Origin: an uncultured Ignavibacteriota bacterium
GTDB lineage: Bacteria; Bacteroidota; Ignavibacteria; Palsa-1295
Reading direction: 5' to 3'
Assembly (NCBI GenBank): GCA_903900335.1
Contig: CAIUMP010000030.1
Coordinates: 8,068 to 72,067 of the forward strand
Length of the DNA stretch: 64,000 nucleotides
In this document: positions 48,803-60,800 of the stretch, piece by piece
How positions within the stretch are numbered: position 1 is the first letter of the stretch
How the letters are laid out: each line of letters begins with the position of its first letter
Position numbers and translations under genes: made by a program
The notes under the pieces: generated by a model
Database searches by the model: none
Seen by the model: only the letters and a program-made list of their open reading frames with translations
Told to the model about the DNA's origin: nothing

Positions 48803-51800
48803 TTACTTCGTCAGTACGATTTTAACAGTGGTGCTGCTTGTCTGTCCGTCGGCGGTGAGTGCCTTGAGCGTTACCATGTAGGTGCCGCTTGGCATCATAG
48901 AACCGCTACCGTCCTTACCGTCCCAGTCGGCGGTGAATACTCCTGCGCTCTCGATCGGGCCATCCACAAGGGTGCGGACTGCATGACCAAGGAGATCCAT
49001 CACCACAATTTCCACCTGCGTCGACGGAGCACCCGCGGACCAGGTGATCTTCGTCGAAGCATTCTCACTCAGCGAGAATGGATTTGGGTAGTCTCCGAGA
49101 ATGGAGAACTTCTCAAAAGCCATGGGCGTCGCTTCCGCGATACGATCGAACGTCTCCCGCGTGCCATCGTTGTCAATTGCGACGACCTTGTAGAAGTAGG
49201 TCATACCATTTACAACGGTATTATCGACGAAGCTGTAATTGCTACCTTGTGCGCTTGCTGAACCGCCTGCCAGCAGATCCTTCGTGCCATAGGCACTCGC
49301 GATTTCGGTGAAGGCATGATCTGGAGCATCGGAACGCAGCACGGCAAAGCCGTAGGCATTCTTCTCCTCTGCAGTGCGGAAGGTAACATCTACTCTGCGA
49401 TTGAGACCCGTAGCATTCAGGCTCAAAAGTTCGACAGGCAACGTGCCAAGGTAGGCGTTCTCGTCCGCGCCAATTTCCGGTTTTGGAATTGAGGTACGAC
49501 CCTGATAGTCGATGTCGCCCGTTATGGTCGGCATGAACGATCCCTTGTAGAATACTGCACTTGCATAGGTTGACAAATGCAGATCTGTATTGCTGACGAA
49601 CTTCGGATCCCCCGTGATCGAGTTCGCATCGCGGCCAGTCCAGGAAGGAATGGCTCGAAGCGTCGCTAGAGACGGGAAGGAAACGGAGCCCAGCAACGCG
49701 GCATTGCCGGACGGCATGAAGTAATCATTGAAATCCACGGCGTCGAAATCGGCGGCAAGCTGCGCCCCCAGAGCGAAGACCGTATTCTGGTATGAACCAA
49801 TGCGATGAAGCGAGAAGATATTATCCATCACACTATCGCGATTACCCACGCCATCCTGAGCTAAGACAGCGATCGCATAATCATTCGGCGAGAGATCACT
49901 CTTTGTACCATACAGATTGATGGAGTTAAAGAAGATTCGCGCGAACGTCGGTGCCGCTGTTGCGTTCGACGCTTCGTCGATTCCACGCAGCGAACCTGTC
50001 GTGTTGTCGGAAAGCACGATGAAGTTATTGTAGATGAACGGCAGATAGCCACCCGTTACTTCCACACCCGTGACGTTCGACGTGGTGGTTGAACGAACGT
50101 TGATGATCGCATTCTGGCCCGCTGCATTGCCGCTTGAATTCACATCCGAAGAGAGGCGAATACCGCGAACGGTTGCATCGGCGCCGTAGTAGGTTGGGTT
50201 GCTGATGTAGTTTCCATCGGCCGTGGAGTTTGAAGTCCAGTTGCCGAAGAAGATACCGGACGAGTTAAAGTCCTGGATCTTCGATTGGCGCACTGTGAGG
50301 CCGCTTACTGGCGCACCAGCAGCACCAAAGGAATAGACGCCATTCCAGCCGAACGAAATGGAATCGTTCGCAAGTCCGTCATTCACTTCGCCGCCACCGT
50401 ACGAGCCCGAAACCACGGAGACGACTCCCAAGGAGGCTCCAGAGTGATCCATCGTCCGAGTGGAAGAAGGCGTTGCGATCACAGCGTTGTTAACCGCATT
50501 ATTTGACGCGCCATTCGTCATAATGATCGCACTGTTAGCAAATCCACCCGTAGCATTGATAATGGAGAGTGACCGCTTGGCCGTGACACCATTGTTTCCA
50601 TCGATCACGATATTATTCGCAGCCGAATCGAACACAAGAACAGATGTTAGGTTTGTTGGGCCGAGCAGATTCGGTATCGAAGTGCCAACAATTGCTGAGT
50701 TCTTGCCCGCGGCTGCGTGGAAGCGAACAGGGTTGTTCTGACCAATACCATCCGCTGGCACGAGCGTGAGCGGCGTGCTGGTCGTGTCGGTCCCATTGAG
50801 CATGTAAATATCAACTGCTGCATCCACACCGTTAGCATTTAGCGAACGGATAGCGGAGGCGAGCGTCGGATAATTACCCGTCGAAGGATCGATCGTGTAG
50901 CTGCCTGCGAGTCTGTTATTACGAGGTCCGTCGAACTCCGTCGCACCAATATCCGGCACGTAACCGCGAGGGTTCCCATCGATATCGTAATCCTGCGCGC
51001 CGGATGGACCGCGCGAGCCCGGCATCCCACCATTTTGGATGCGACTTGGTACCAGCGTGATATGAAGATCAGAAGTGCCTACGAAGTTTGGCTGTTCGCT
51101 GACACTATTGCGATCTTGCATACCCCAAGCGGTACCGGTGGTCACCATGCGCCATGCGACGAGGGTCGGCATATTGAGTCCCTGCGCCTGCGCGAGCATC
51201 GCGTTCGGGCCTGCGGCCGTAAACCAATCATTGTAGTCCGATGTGAACGTACCAGTTGGAAGTGCCGGCGAGTACGAGGCGAAGTTAGAACCAGTAGCTC
51301 CCGCACCATTCGTACGCCCGTTGTAGAAGATGTTGTTGTTGAGAGCCACATTGAGCGGTGCATTACCCCAGAGTGCATAACTCGAACCCGACCCGGTACT
51401 CGTTCCGCCAAGCGCAACCGTGTTATTCTGGATAACCGCACTTGTGGAGTTGTTGAGTTGTATACCATAGATCGTCGCCGTTGGCATCGAGGTCTGGCGG
51501 CCAAGGCTGATCATGTTGTCGAATACGCGATTGGAGCTCCCTGGCAGTGTGCTTGAAAGCCCGATACCAAGTAGTACGGGGTTTGTTGCACTTGTAGAGA
51601 AGTCCATCACCTTGTTTGCTCCGATCTCCACACTGCCAGTATTGCCACCGCTGACCAGAATTCCCGTCATGGAGGTGCTTGCAGCAGCAGTTGCTCCAGA
51701 GCTGATCGCGTTTCCGCGGATCATGGCGTTGGTCACCTTATCGCCAATCTGGATGCCGTACGATGAGAAGCCAGTGATCGCGTTGTTCCAAATTCCGAGA

Positions 51801-54800
51801 CCGGAGTTTGTGAATGCGCTTGAAGAGACCACGATACCGCTCGCCGCGGAGGCAATGTCATTATTCATGATCATTGTGCTACTCATCGCGATGCGCGTCG
51901 GCCCAACCGTAATGCCAGCACCCGATGCGACAGCAATGTTACGAATGATGGTATTCTTGATCGTGTCGGACGAACCATCACGCACGAGGAATACGCTCGC
52001 TGTAGAGTTGGCACCAGTCAGGTTGATAGTCCAATTGCGAGTCGTGCCATTCGAGGTGTTTGAACCATCGAAAATGACATAACTTGCACTGTCGAGCAGA
52101 ATGCCGTAGTTCTTCGACGGACTTGAAGCGATGTTCATCACAGGCGAGACCCCAACCGCAGGTTTCACAACAATGATATTCGCATTGCCCAGGCCGACGA
52201 TGCCGCTGAAGGAAATCGGGCTGGGCTCGTTGTACGAGGCATCGTTGAGGATGAAATTCACCCTCATCTGAACACCGCAATCATGCGCTGCCTGGGCAGC
52301 GACACTCAAGTTTGCAAAGTCCTTGCCGACACCGATGTTGTACGTACCGGCGAGCGGCTGACAGACAATCACTCGGATGGAAGCTGTTGTGTCATTCGTG
52401 TTGTCTACGTCAAAGCCATAGTTTGCGTAGGCATACACGGAGTAGCTACCAATATCAGGTAGCAACAATGAATCGAACGTCACCTGCGTGCTGGCACCGG
52501 GTCCCAATGTTGGGATGATGACTGTAGTAGAAAGGCGTTTCGAACCCACTAGCGAGTCATAGGTGACTGCCGTAACGGGGATGTTCGTGCCCGTTCCTGC
52601 CGCGCCGTTACGGAAGGTTGCCATTACGTGAGGCGTCGCCGTGTTCGGACGATAAGCAGAATTGTTCAGCGGTTGATCAATGCTAACTCCGATGACATCC
52701 ACTGCCTTCAGGAAGTTACCCTCATTTGCTCCTACGTCCGGTGTGGAAGCATTACGTACATTACCATCAATGTCTGTCGTAATTCCACCGACCGGTATGC
52801 CGCCGGACTCGATCAGCGTTGGCGCGGAGGTATTAATATACAGATTAGCATCGCTGATAAAGACGGGAGTAGGGGTAAAGCTACTTGTTTCCAGCGCCCC
52901 ACCTAATGCCGTGCGGATCTGTACCGCACGTGTGTAGGACGTCCCCGCAATAAGCGCATTCGTCGCGTTCGCGGATGTCCCTGTACCAGATATGTTATTG
53001 TTGCTGGCCGTGGCAAGTGATGAGACTGCTTCGATGACATATCCGTACGCCCTCCGTCCACCGGAAGGCTCTGTTTGCTGGTTTCCAAAGATATTGTTCA
53101 CCAACGTAAGATTGGAAGCCGTCGACGCAACGTAGAGAGCAGCGCTCACTCCGCCAGTACCACCGATACCCGTAGTGTCCCGGTTACCCGTCAGTCCGAT
53201 CGAGTTGAAATAGAGCCTGTCACCGGAAGCTGCTCCGAGATAGATACCGGCGTTCGCGCCCGCACCCGTTGTTACGGATGAGTTGCTTATTACGTGCCAG
53301 ATCATGTTGTTGCTAATCGTGACTCCACCGCCGCCATTATCAACAATACCACGAGCGCTACCACTCGTAGCTCCGAAGGCTTCGATATCGTGCAGCTTAT
53401 TAAGCGCGATAGTGCCGCCAGTGGCCGTTCCGGTTAGATCAATAGCGGCGACTCCGCCCGTACTGGAGTAGATACCCGTTATTTCATTCGACGTGATCGT
53501 GTTTCCAGTCGAACCCGAGATGGTGATGCCCTCGATGCCGATGCGCAGCGTGTTGTCACCAACCAACGGTCCGATCTGGTTTCCAGTAATGACAAGGCCG
53601 GAGTTCGGCGTACCCGTTGGGCCGCTGATCACAATACCGTATGCAGCATTGCGGATCTCATTGTTCTGAATGATTACGCCGTTGTGCGAACCTGTGGAAC
53701 CCAGCGATGAACCTGCGGCATAAATACCCGCGACGGTGCCAGTTGTACCACCCGAGATAACTCGTGCGTTCTTAAGGACGAAGTTGTTGTCACCTGCCCC
53801 GCCAACAGAATCCACCAGCCAGAATACCGACTGGCCGAATGTATTTCCAGCGGCGAACTGGAACGTCGTGTTGCGCGTAACGCCACCGGCTGTATTGCTT
53901 CCATCAAAAGTAATAGATGGCATCGAATTCAAGCGAATACCCCATGGACGAAGTGCCGTCGGGCTGAAGTTGATCACCGGGGTAATTCCGGGAATCGGCT
54001 TGAAGGTGATCGGAGTCGAGGAGGACTCGCTCCATGTCTGATTACCGGTGATCGATGGCTCGTTATAGGTATTATCGGTGAGGTTGAAATTCACGGCACC
54101 GATAACACCATTGCGTGCGACTGAATCGAACGCAGCTTTGATCGTCGGGGCATATTGCCCAACGCCTACGTTGTAGTTGCCAGCCAAGCCGACCGTTACA
54201 TTGATTGTTACGCTGACCGTGTCGTCAACGGTGAACTCCTCACCAGGTGCGGTTGCGAAGGCACGGATCTGCCACTGACCTGCCGTTGTGGGAGTGAACG
54301 TGAACGTACTCGCTGCAGTCGGGGAACCAGCAACAGCCATTGACGAGATCGTCGTGTTGAAAGTAGCCTGAACAATTCCATTGCCGTCAAGCACCTGGTA
54401 GGTGATCGGCGTGTTGGTCATCGCCACAACACCACCATTTCGGAAGTTTGCGACAGCACTGATGCTGGAGTTCGCATAGAAATGTGTGCCGGTGGTCGGC
54501 TGAGACATTGACGTAGCCACCGCGTCGACATTGAATTCGGACGTGTAGTTACCTTCGAAAGCGCCGATGTCCGGGTAGCGAGCATTTCTCGTGTTACCGT
54601 TGATATCGGTGGTGATTCCTGCAATCGGTGAAGCATGGGATTCGATGCGCGTAGGTACTCCCAGGGCAGGAGCAAAATTGCCGCCCACGGAATCCTGCCA
54701 GATCTGGCGCTCGTACCAACTGTTGAGATCCTGCCCAGTACCGGCCTGCCACGCCGCAAGATTTGAATACGTTGTGGACGTCGTGCCATTGTAGTAGTAT

Positions 54801-57800
54801 GCGAACGTCCCCTGCGATGAGGCGCCGATGTAGTAGAGATTGTTATTGTAATTCTCCACCAAATTCACCGCATTGTAGTCATACATAAAATAGCTGGAGA
54901 GCGGCGCTAATCGATCATAAACAAAGACATTATTTTTGATGTCTCCACCATGATAGTAGATGTAATTCATGTAGTAACCGTTGTACGTCGCCGAGTTGCC
55001 ACCCACGTAGAACGTGTTGTAATAGACCTGCGACGGGCCGTATGTACTGTACGGTGCCGTGTACTCGAAGAACAGTGGATACTCAATATATACGGACGAC
55101 TGGGTATCATGCTCCATCGCGACAAGATTGTTCGCAATCAACGCCCCACCAGCGTAGGCGTAAATGCCGGCATAGATGTACGCACCAGCATAGGATGAAC
55201 GCAACTTCCAAATACGATTTCCGATGAAATTCGTCTGGCCATACTGCCCATAGAGGAACACGGGGTATAGCGTCGAGAGCGGCACCACCGTATCGGATTG
55301 AATCAGATTACCCTGGAACAACGTGTTCGTGGTATAATAAGAATTGTAGATCGCGCAATAAGAGAAGCGCGAGAACTTGTTGCCGATGAATTGATTGCCG
55401 TTAGCAAGCACGGTCGAACTACCAACTCCATAATTGTACAGACCGTAATAGCAATCTCGGATCCAATTATTTTTGAAGATATTGAAACTGGATGGGGTCC
55501 CGCCGCTCGGTCCGGTCAGCAGAAGACCGATCGGATAGGAGCTCCAACCAGAGCCACTCATGCCAGAGTAGAAGGTTGAGTCCTGAATGACGCAATTCTT
55601 GATCGAGTCATTCTGCGCAGCGCTCATCAGGATCACTGGCGAATAACTGGATATGGTCGGATGTATAATGAACGTCAAGTTCTGCGTCGTTCCACCCTCC
55701 GTGTTCGAGCCGTCGATTGTGAGGAACTGGGTATTCACGAGTCCCAACCCCGGATAAGCCGTTGTGTACGCGGTCGCGACCGAGGCGGACGATCCGTTGC
55801 CCCAGAAATGAACGGTCGCATTTACTCCCGAAGCGGGTTTTATTCGCAATCTTCGGCCAGAATTCGCGCCAAGTATCGCACCGCCATTCCCGATGTAGGC
55901 AGTATTAAAAGCTGGTGAATTATAGGTCGCGTCCGTCAACTGGAACGTCACATTCCCGGCGAGGCCGTAATTGACAAGGGAGTCGAACGCGGCTTTAAAT
56001 GTTGGTGCCCACTGACCAGAGCCGACAGTGTACAATCCCGAAAGTCCAGCTGCGGTGGTTATGCGCAACACACCCGAACTGTCATTCGTACGGAGCGCAT
56101 CCGCAGTCGCATTTACATAGATCCTATGTCCGTAGGTGTGGAGCAACGGGTACGTCACTGAGTCAATTTGCAGTGTACGAGTCTCACCGGCACGGACGCT
56201 ATCGATCACACCGGAGACGGTGGTAATGGCGAATGTACTGGAATCAATGATTTGACTTACGACCGGGACGCTGTAAGCATTAGTTGTACCAAAATTGGTG
56301 ACGCTAATTATCGGCCGAACCCCAGTACCCGCAATAAACTTTGCGCCACTAGCCGGCAGAGATACTGAATTTATGGCTACGTCAATAGCCGCTGTTGCAA
56401 AATTGCCTTCATCCGCACCGATGTCTGGCGTTGTGGCATTGCGCGTGTCACCATCGAGATCGACGGTTACTCCGGCAACCGGAATACCTCCGGACTCGGC
56501 ACGCGTGGGTACCGTTGTCAGAAGATGTGGGTCGGTGAGGCTTACGAATGGAGCGTTGGCTTGCCATGAATGAATGTCGCCACTCGTCATCATCTTCAAA
56601 CTGTCAAAGCTCCCGACATACTTAGTGCGCGAGCCGTCGTAACCGAGGAATCCATGATTCCCAGGTGCAGCAATAATATTATTGTCGCTAAACTTGATGT
56701 CGCCAGCACCATAGTACGTCATGTAGCCGACGTTGAAGCCAAGCGTCGGGTTCATGCGGATGCCATTCGAGAAGATGTTGTTTACGACGGTAAGTCCAAA
56801 CGCACCGCTGGATGTACCAAAAGCTTCGGTATACTGGGCGCTAGCGTAGGTGTACGTAACCGACGTATCGAAGAGTTCGACCGTATTGTTGGCGATAATG
56901 TCACCTACTCCCGAGCTGATAAAAATTCCGGCAACAGCAGGAGCCGTAGACGAGGTGCCTCCCGTATAACTTGGATTTGTTATATGGAGGTCGTAAACCA
57001 TGTTGTTCGCGAAGAGGTTATTCGCGAGTGGCGGGAAGTTGTTGGACTCAAAAATACCATAGATAGTCCCCGAAGTACCCTGCAACCTGATATTGTGTAT
57101 CTTATTTCTTGTAAATTTGAGGTTCGAAACGGCCCCGACAGACGATGGGATTTGCAACCCGTATAGATTAGCAGTGCCAGTTCCCTCGTAGATGCGCTGA
57201 ATATCGTTGTTATCGACCGTACAGGAATCCGCTCCCTGAATGACGACCCCTGTTGAACAAACAGAGTCTGTCCCCGAAGCACCTGGGCCAATCAGGTTGT
57301 TTGTTACGACAATACGCTTTAGTGGCAGGTCATAGAAATCCGGCGACTGCCCGACCAGGCGCACTCCGACTGCAACCTGCGAGAGGCTGTTATTTGTCAC
57401 CGTCAGGTCACTGACCGTCGTTGAGCCGGCATTGCCGCTCACGCTGGTTATGGCATAGACACCATAATCGGCCAGTGCGCTCGTAAGCGCTGTATTGTAA
57501 CCACCACGAATGTTAAGGTTCTTGATGGTCACATTTGACGTATTGAGCGGAGTCCCGTCAAAGAGAGATACGCATGGCAGAACGTAGATCTGGTAAAGAT
57601 TCTGCGTGGTAGAGGAATTCGTGCCTCCGGTCCAGGTCATGTCGCGCGTTGTACCACCGGTAGTATTAGAACCATCGATAATCACGTTCGAAACACCCGC
57701 AATTTCAAATGCGAATGGCGCAGTATAGTTCGTCTGTGTGATGTTGACCTGTGGGGAGAATCCGACGTTTGGCTTGATGGTGATCGTATTGGTCGGTGAG

Positions 57801-60800
57801 CTGCCCATGATCGGTCCTTGCAGCTGGAGCGGCCCAACCGTTTCAGTCAACGTCGCCGTATTGATGAGGAATCGGACGGGGCCAGAAACACCCGCCTGCT
57901 CAACGGAATCGAGTGCTGCTTTCAGAGATGGGAAATTCGCCCCTGTTCCCGCGATCAGATAATCTCCACTGAGCGGCCCGTACACGTGGACGGTATCCCA
58001 GAATGTCATGTAATTCGTGTTGCCTGGCGGCGTACTGCCTGGCGGATTGAATCCCGAACCACCATTCGGGTAGGTGGAGGGATTCGGAATTGCCATGTTA
58101 TCTTGCGCCGCAAGATAGAACTGCATCTTTGTACCATAGGACTGGCCAGGAATGGTAAAATTGAAGATGCTCCCGCCTACGTTCGATCCTGTTGCCGAGC
58201 TCCAGAAAGCCGAGCTACTCGCCTTGTAGTAAATGATCGGCGGGTAGGTACTTGTATTCACGCCGTTTGGATCCGTGATCGTCGCGGAGATCGTAATCGC
58301 ACCTGTACTCTGAGTTTTGGATACTCGAGCGTAGGTGATCGCAGGGCCGACATCATCCGTGCTGGAAACAGCCAGGCTTCCTTCGCTCGCTCCGATCGTT
58401 GGCGCAATATTGCGCGAAGCACCATTGTAGTCGGTCGTTACCGACGCCAGCGCTTTACCCGCCCGCCACAGGCGAGAGGTTGAACCATTGATGTAGTTGA
58501 GCGAGTCGGTTGTGCTAAATGGCGGGAGTTCGGTGAAGCTATGAATGTTCTGGTAATACGCGGATGTCAGCGACTTGTAGTCGGAGAGCATATATCCATA
58601 GTTTCCATAGTAGCCGGTGCAATGATAGGGGTCGCTACCTGAACCCGTGGTATTTACGTAGTAATCATTAAAGTCTTCGAATACCGTACCTGACGTTGAG
58701 GCGCGATAGATCCCATAGGCGTAGTAGCCCGCCACACCCGTTGTCTGGGTTCGGTTTCCAATGATATTATTCAGAATGTACAGTTCGACACCTGTGGTCG
58801 CACTTGGGCTCACATAGAGGCAATAGGTTGTGAAACCATACGCCGGAGAGGCAGCCCCACTTTGCATTCCGAACCAAATGGTGTTATTGCAAATGCTGTC
58901 TCGCATCGAAGGATAGAGCTGTCCGCTAAACGCAGCGGGAGAGCCGGGTGAATAATAGATCCCATACACAGCACTTCCGCTGTAACTGCTTGTATAGTTG
59001 AAGTTGATGTCGGAGATCATGTTATTGTAGACCACCGTCCCGCCTAGATTCGAAGTGAGGTACATGCCATACCACGTCCCGGTGGAGGATGCAGAATACA
59101 AGCCGAAGCGGATGTCCTTGATCTTATTTCCAATGATACGAGGACGTAGATTACTTGAGATGTAGAAGGCATAATAGCTGCTGGGATAGTAGCAATTCAT
59201 GCGCGTGACTGTATTGCCCTGAAGCAGCGTCTCTATTGTGCTTGAAACGTAGAACTTGTAATACCCATAATAGTCCCACCAATCAGAGACCATATTGTTC
59301 AACACCTTCGCACGAACTACAGTGTTGCCTGAGAGATAGACGGCAAAACCGTACATGTAGGTGTTGGGCGTTGTCGGATGGTACCCGACGTTCGTCCAGA
59401 TGTTATTGGAAATTGTCGGGTTAATAAGGTATCCGCCTGCCCCGTAAAAACCGTAGTAGGTGAAGTTCGTGCTAGGACCAGTTAATCCATAGACACCCAT
59501 GCTCGATTTCACATTGTTGATCACAAGCCCAACCTGTCCATACCCACCCATGTTGTAACATGTACTGTAGGAGGATATCGACGAGGCGGTTGTAGGCTGA
59601 CCGAGATTCAGGAATGTTCCGCCCTGAACGGTTGCGTTCAATTCGTTGAGGGAATCATACACCGCCATCGTCGGGAAGTAACTCTGGAACATCACACCAT
59701 TCCATGCGACGATCGTGTCATTGACGAGCTTGTTAGCAACGTTCGGAATTCCAGGAGCACTGTTGTAGTAGCTCGACGATACCATCATTCCGACCGAATA
59801 ATAATACCGGTTCTGCAAAATGGCGCTACACTGATACACCGAGTCGAAACGGCAGCCACCCGTCAAGAAGAAGCCTACACTCAGTGCGTAGTTCGTGTTC
59901 GCAACGGACCAGTTCAACTGTTGAACGGTGATACCGTTGAAGGTGACATACTGTGCTCCGCTCATCAAAACGGCGGCGGCAAAGAACTGCGTATTCGAAT
60001 AGCCAGAGGTTACACTTGGCTGTCCCGAGAAATTGGGATTTCCGTTACGCTGAATGAAGACACTACTTGGTCCATTCTGGGACTTGAAGACGACGCGATT
60101 CGAGGCACTTACCCCACGGTAATATCCGATGATCAGTGAGTCGTTGTACGTGCCAGGGGCTGCTAGGATCGTTACGCCGCCGGACCCAACGCCAGAGTCG
60201 GCAAGGGCCTGCGCCGCAGCGCGGAAAGAGGCATATCCCCCGGTGCCGATAAGGCGCGTTCCGCTGATCGTCGGCGGCGCTTCGGCTACAGAAATATTAT
60301 CGATAAGCCAACCGAAGAAATCATTCGAGGAGTTGCTCTTTACGCGAAACCGGATCTTCACGCTGGCTGACTTGAAGGCGCTTAGATCGAAGACTTCCTT
60401 CATCCACATTGATTGACCGGTCGTTGGCGCAGAGCTCGTTGCAGTAAACTTGATGTCCCACTCTGGGCGGCTTTGGGCATCGAAATAGGGACCGTCCACA
60501 TAGGTGGTGGTAGCGCCACCCGCTGGGTAGGCCCCTGTCTTGCGCCAAGAATTACCATTGTATTGGGTGTTCGATGGTATTACCCAAGTCACGCCATTGT
60601 CAGTAGATACTTCGACGATCGCCTGATCGTAAAAGCGCTCAAGTGCGGCAATGTGCCAGAAGGTGAGAATCGGCTTTGTCGAGCCGCTGAGGCTGAATGC
60701 GCGTGAAGTGAGCGCATCGTTGTTTAGCGTTGGCGATGAGGTGCCGGCGGTTTGGAACCACGCGGCCTTTGTCCCGCCGAAGGTGTATGTGGAATTCGTT

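Noticed and set aside
48734-59424. Plus-strand ORFs inside the giant gene (for example 51035-51556, 51513-52082, 57818-58483).
   Set aside because: They are antisense to a continuous 12.2-kb ORF with clear domain structure. Their translations are Arg/Cys-rich with no recognisable motifs.
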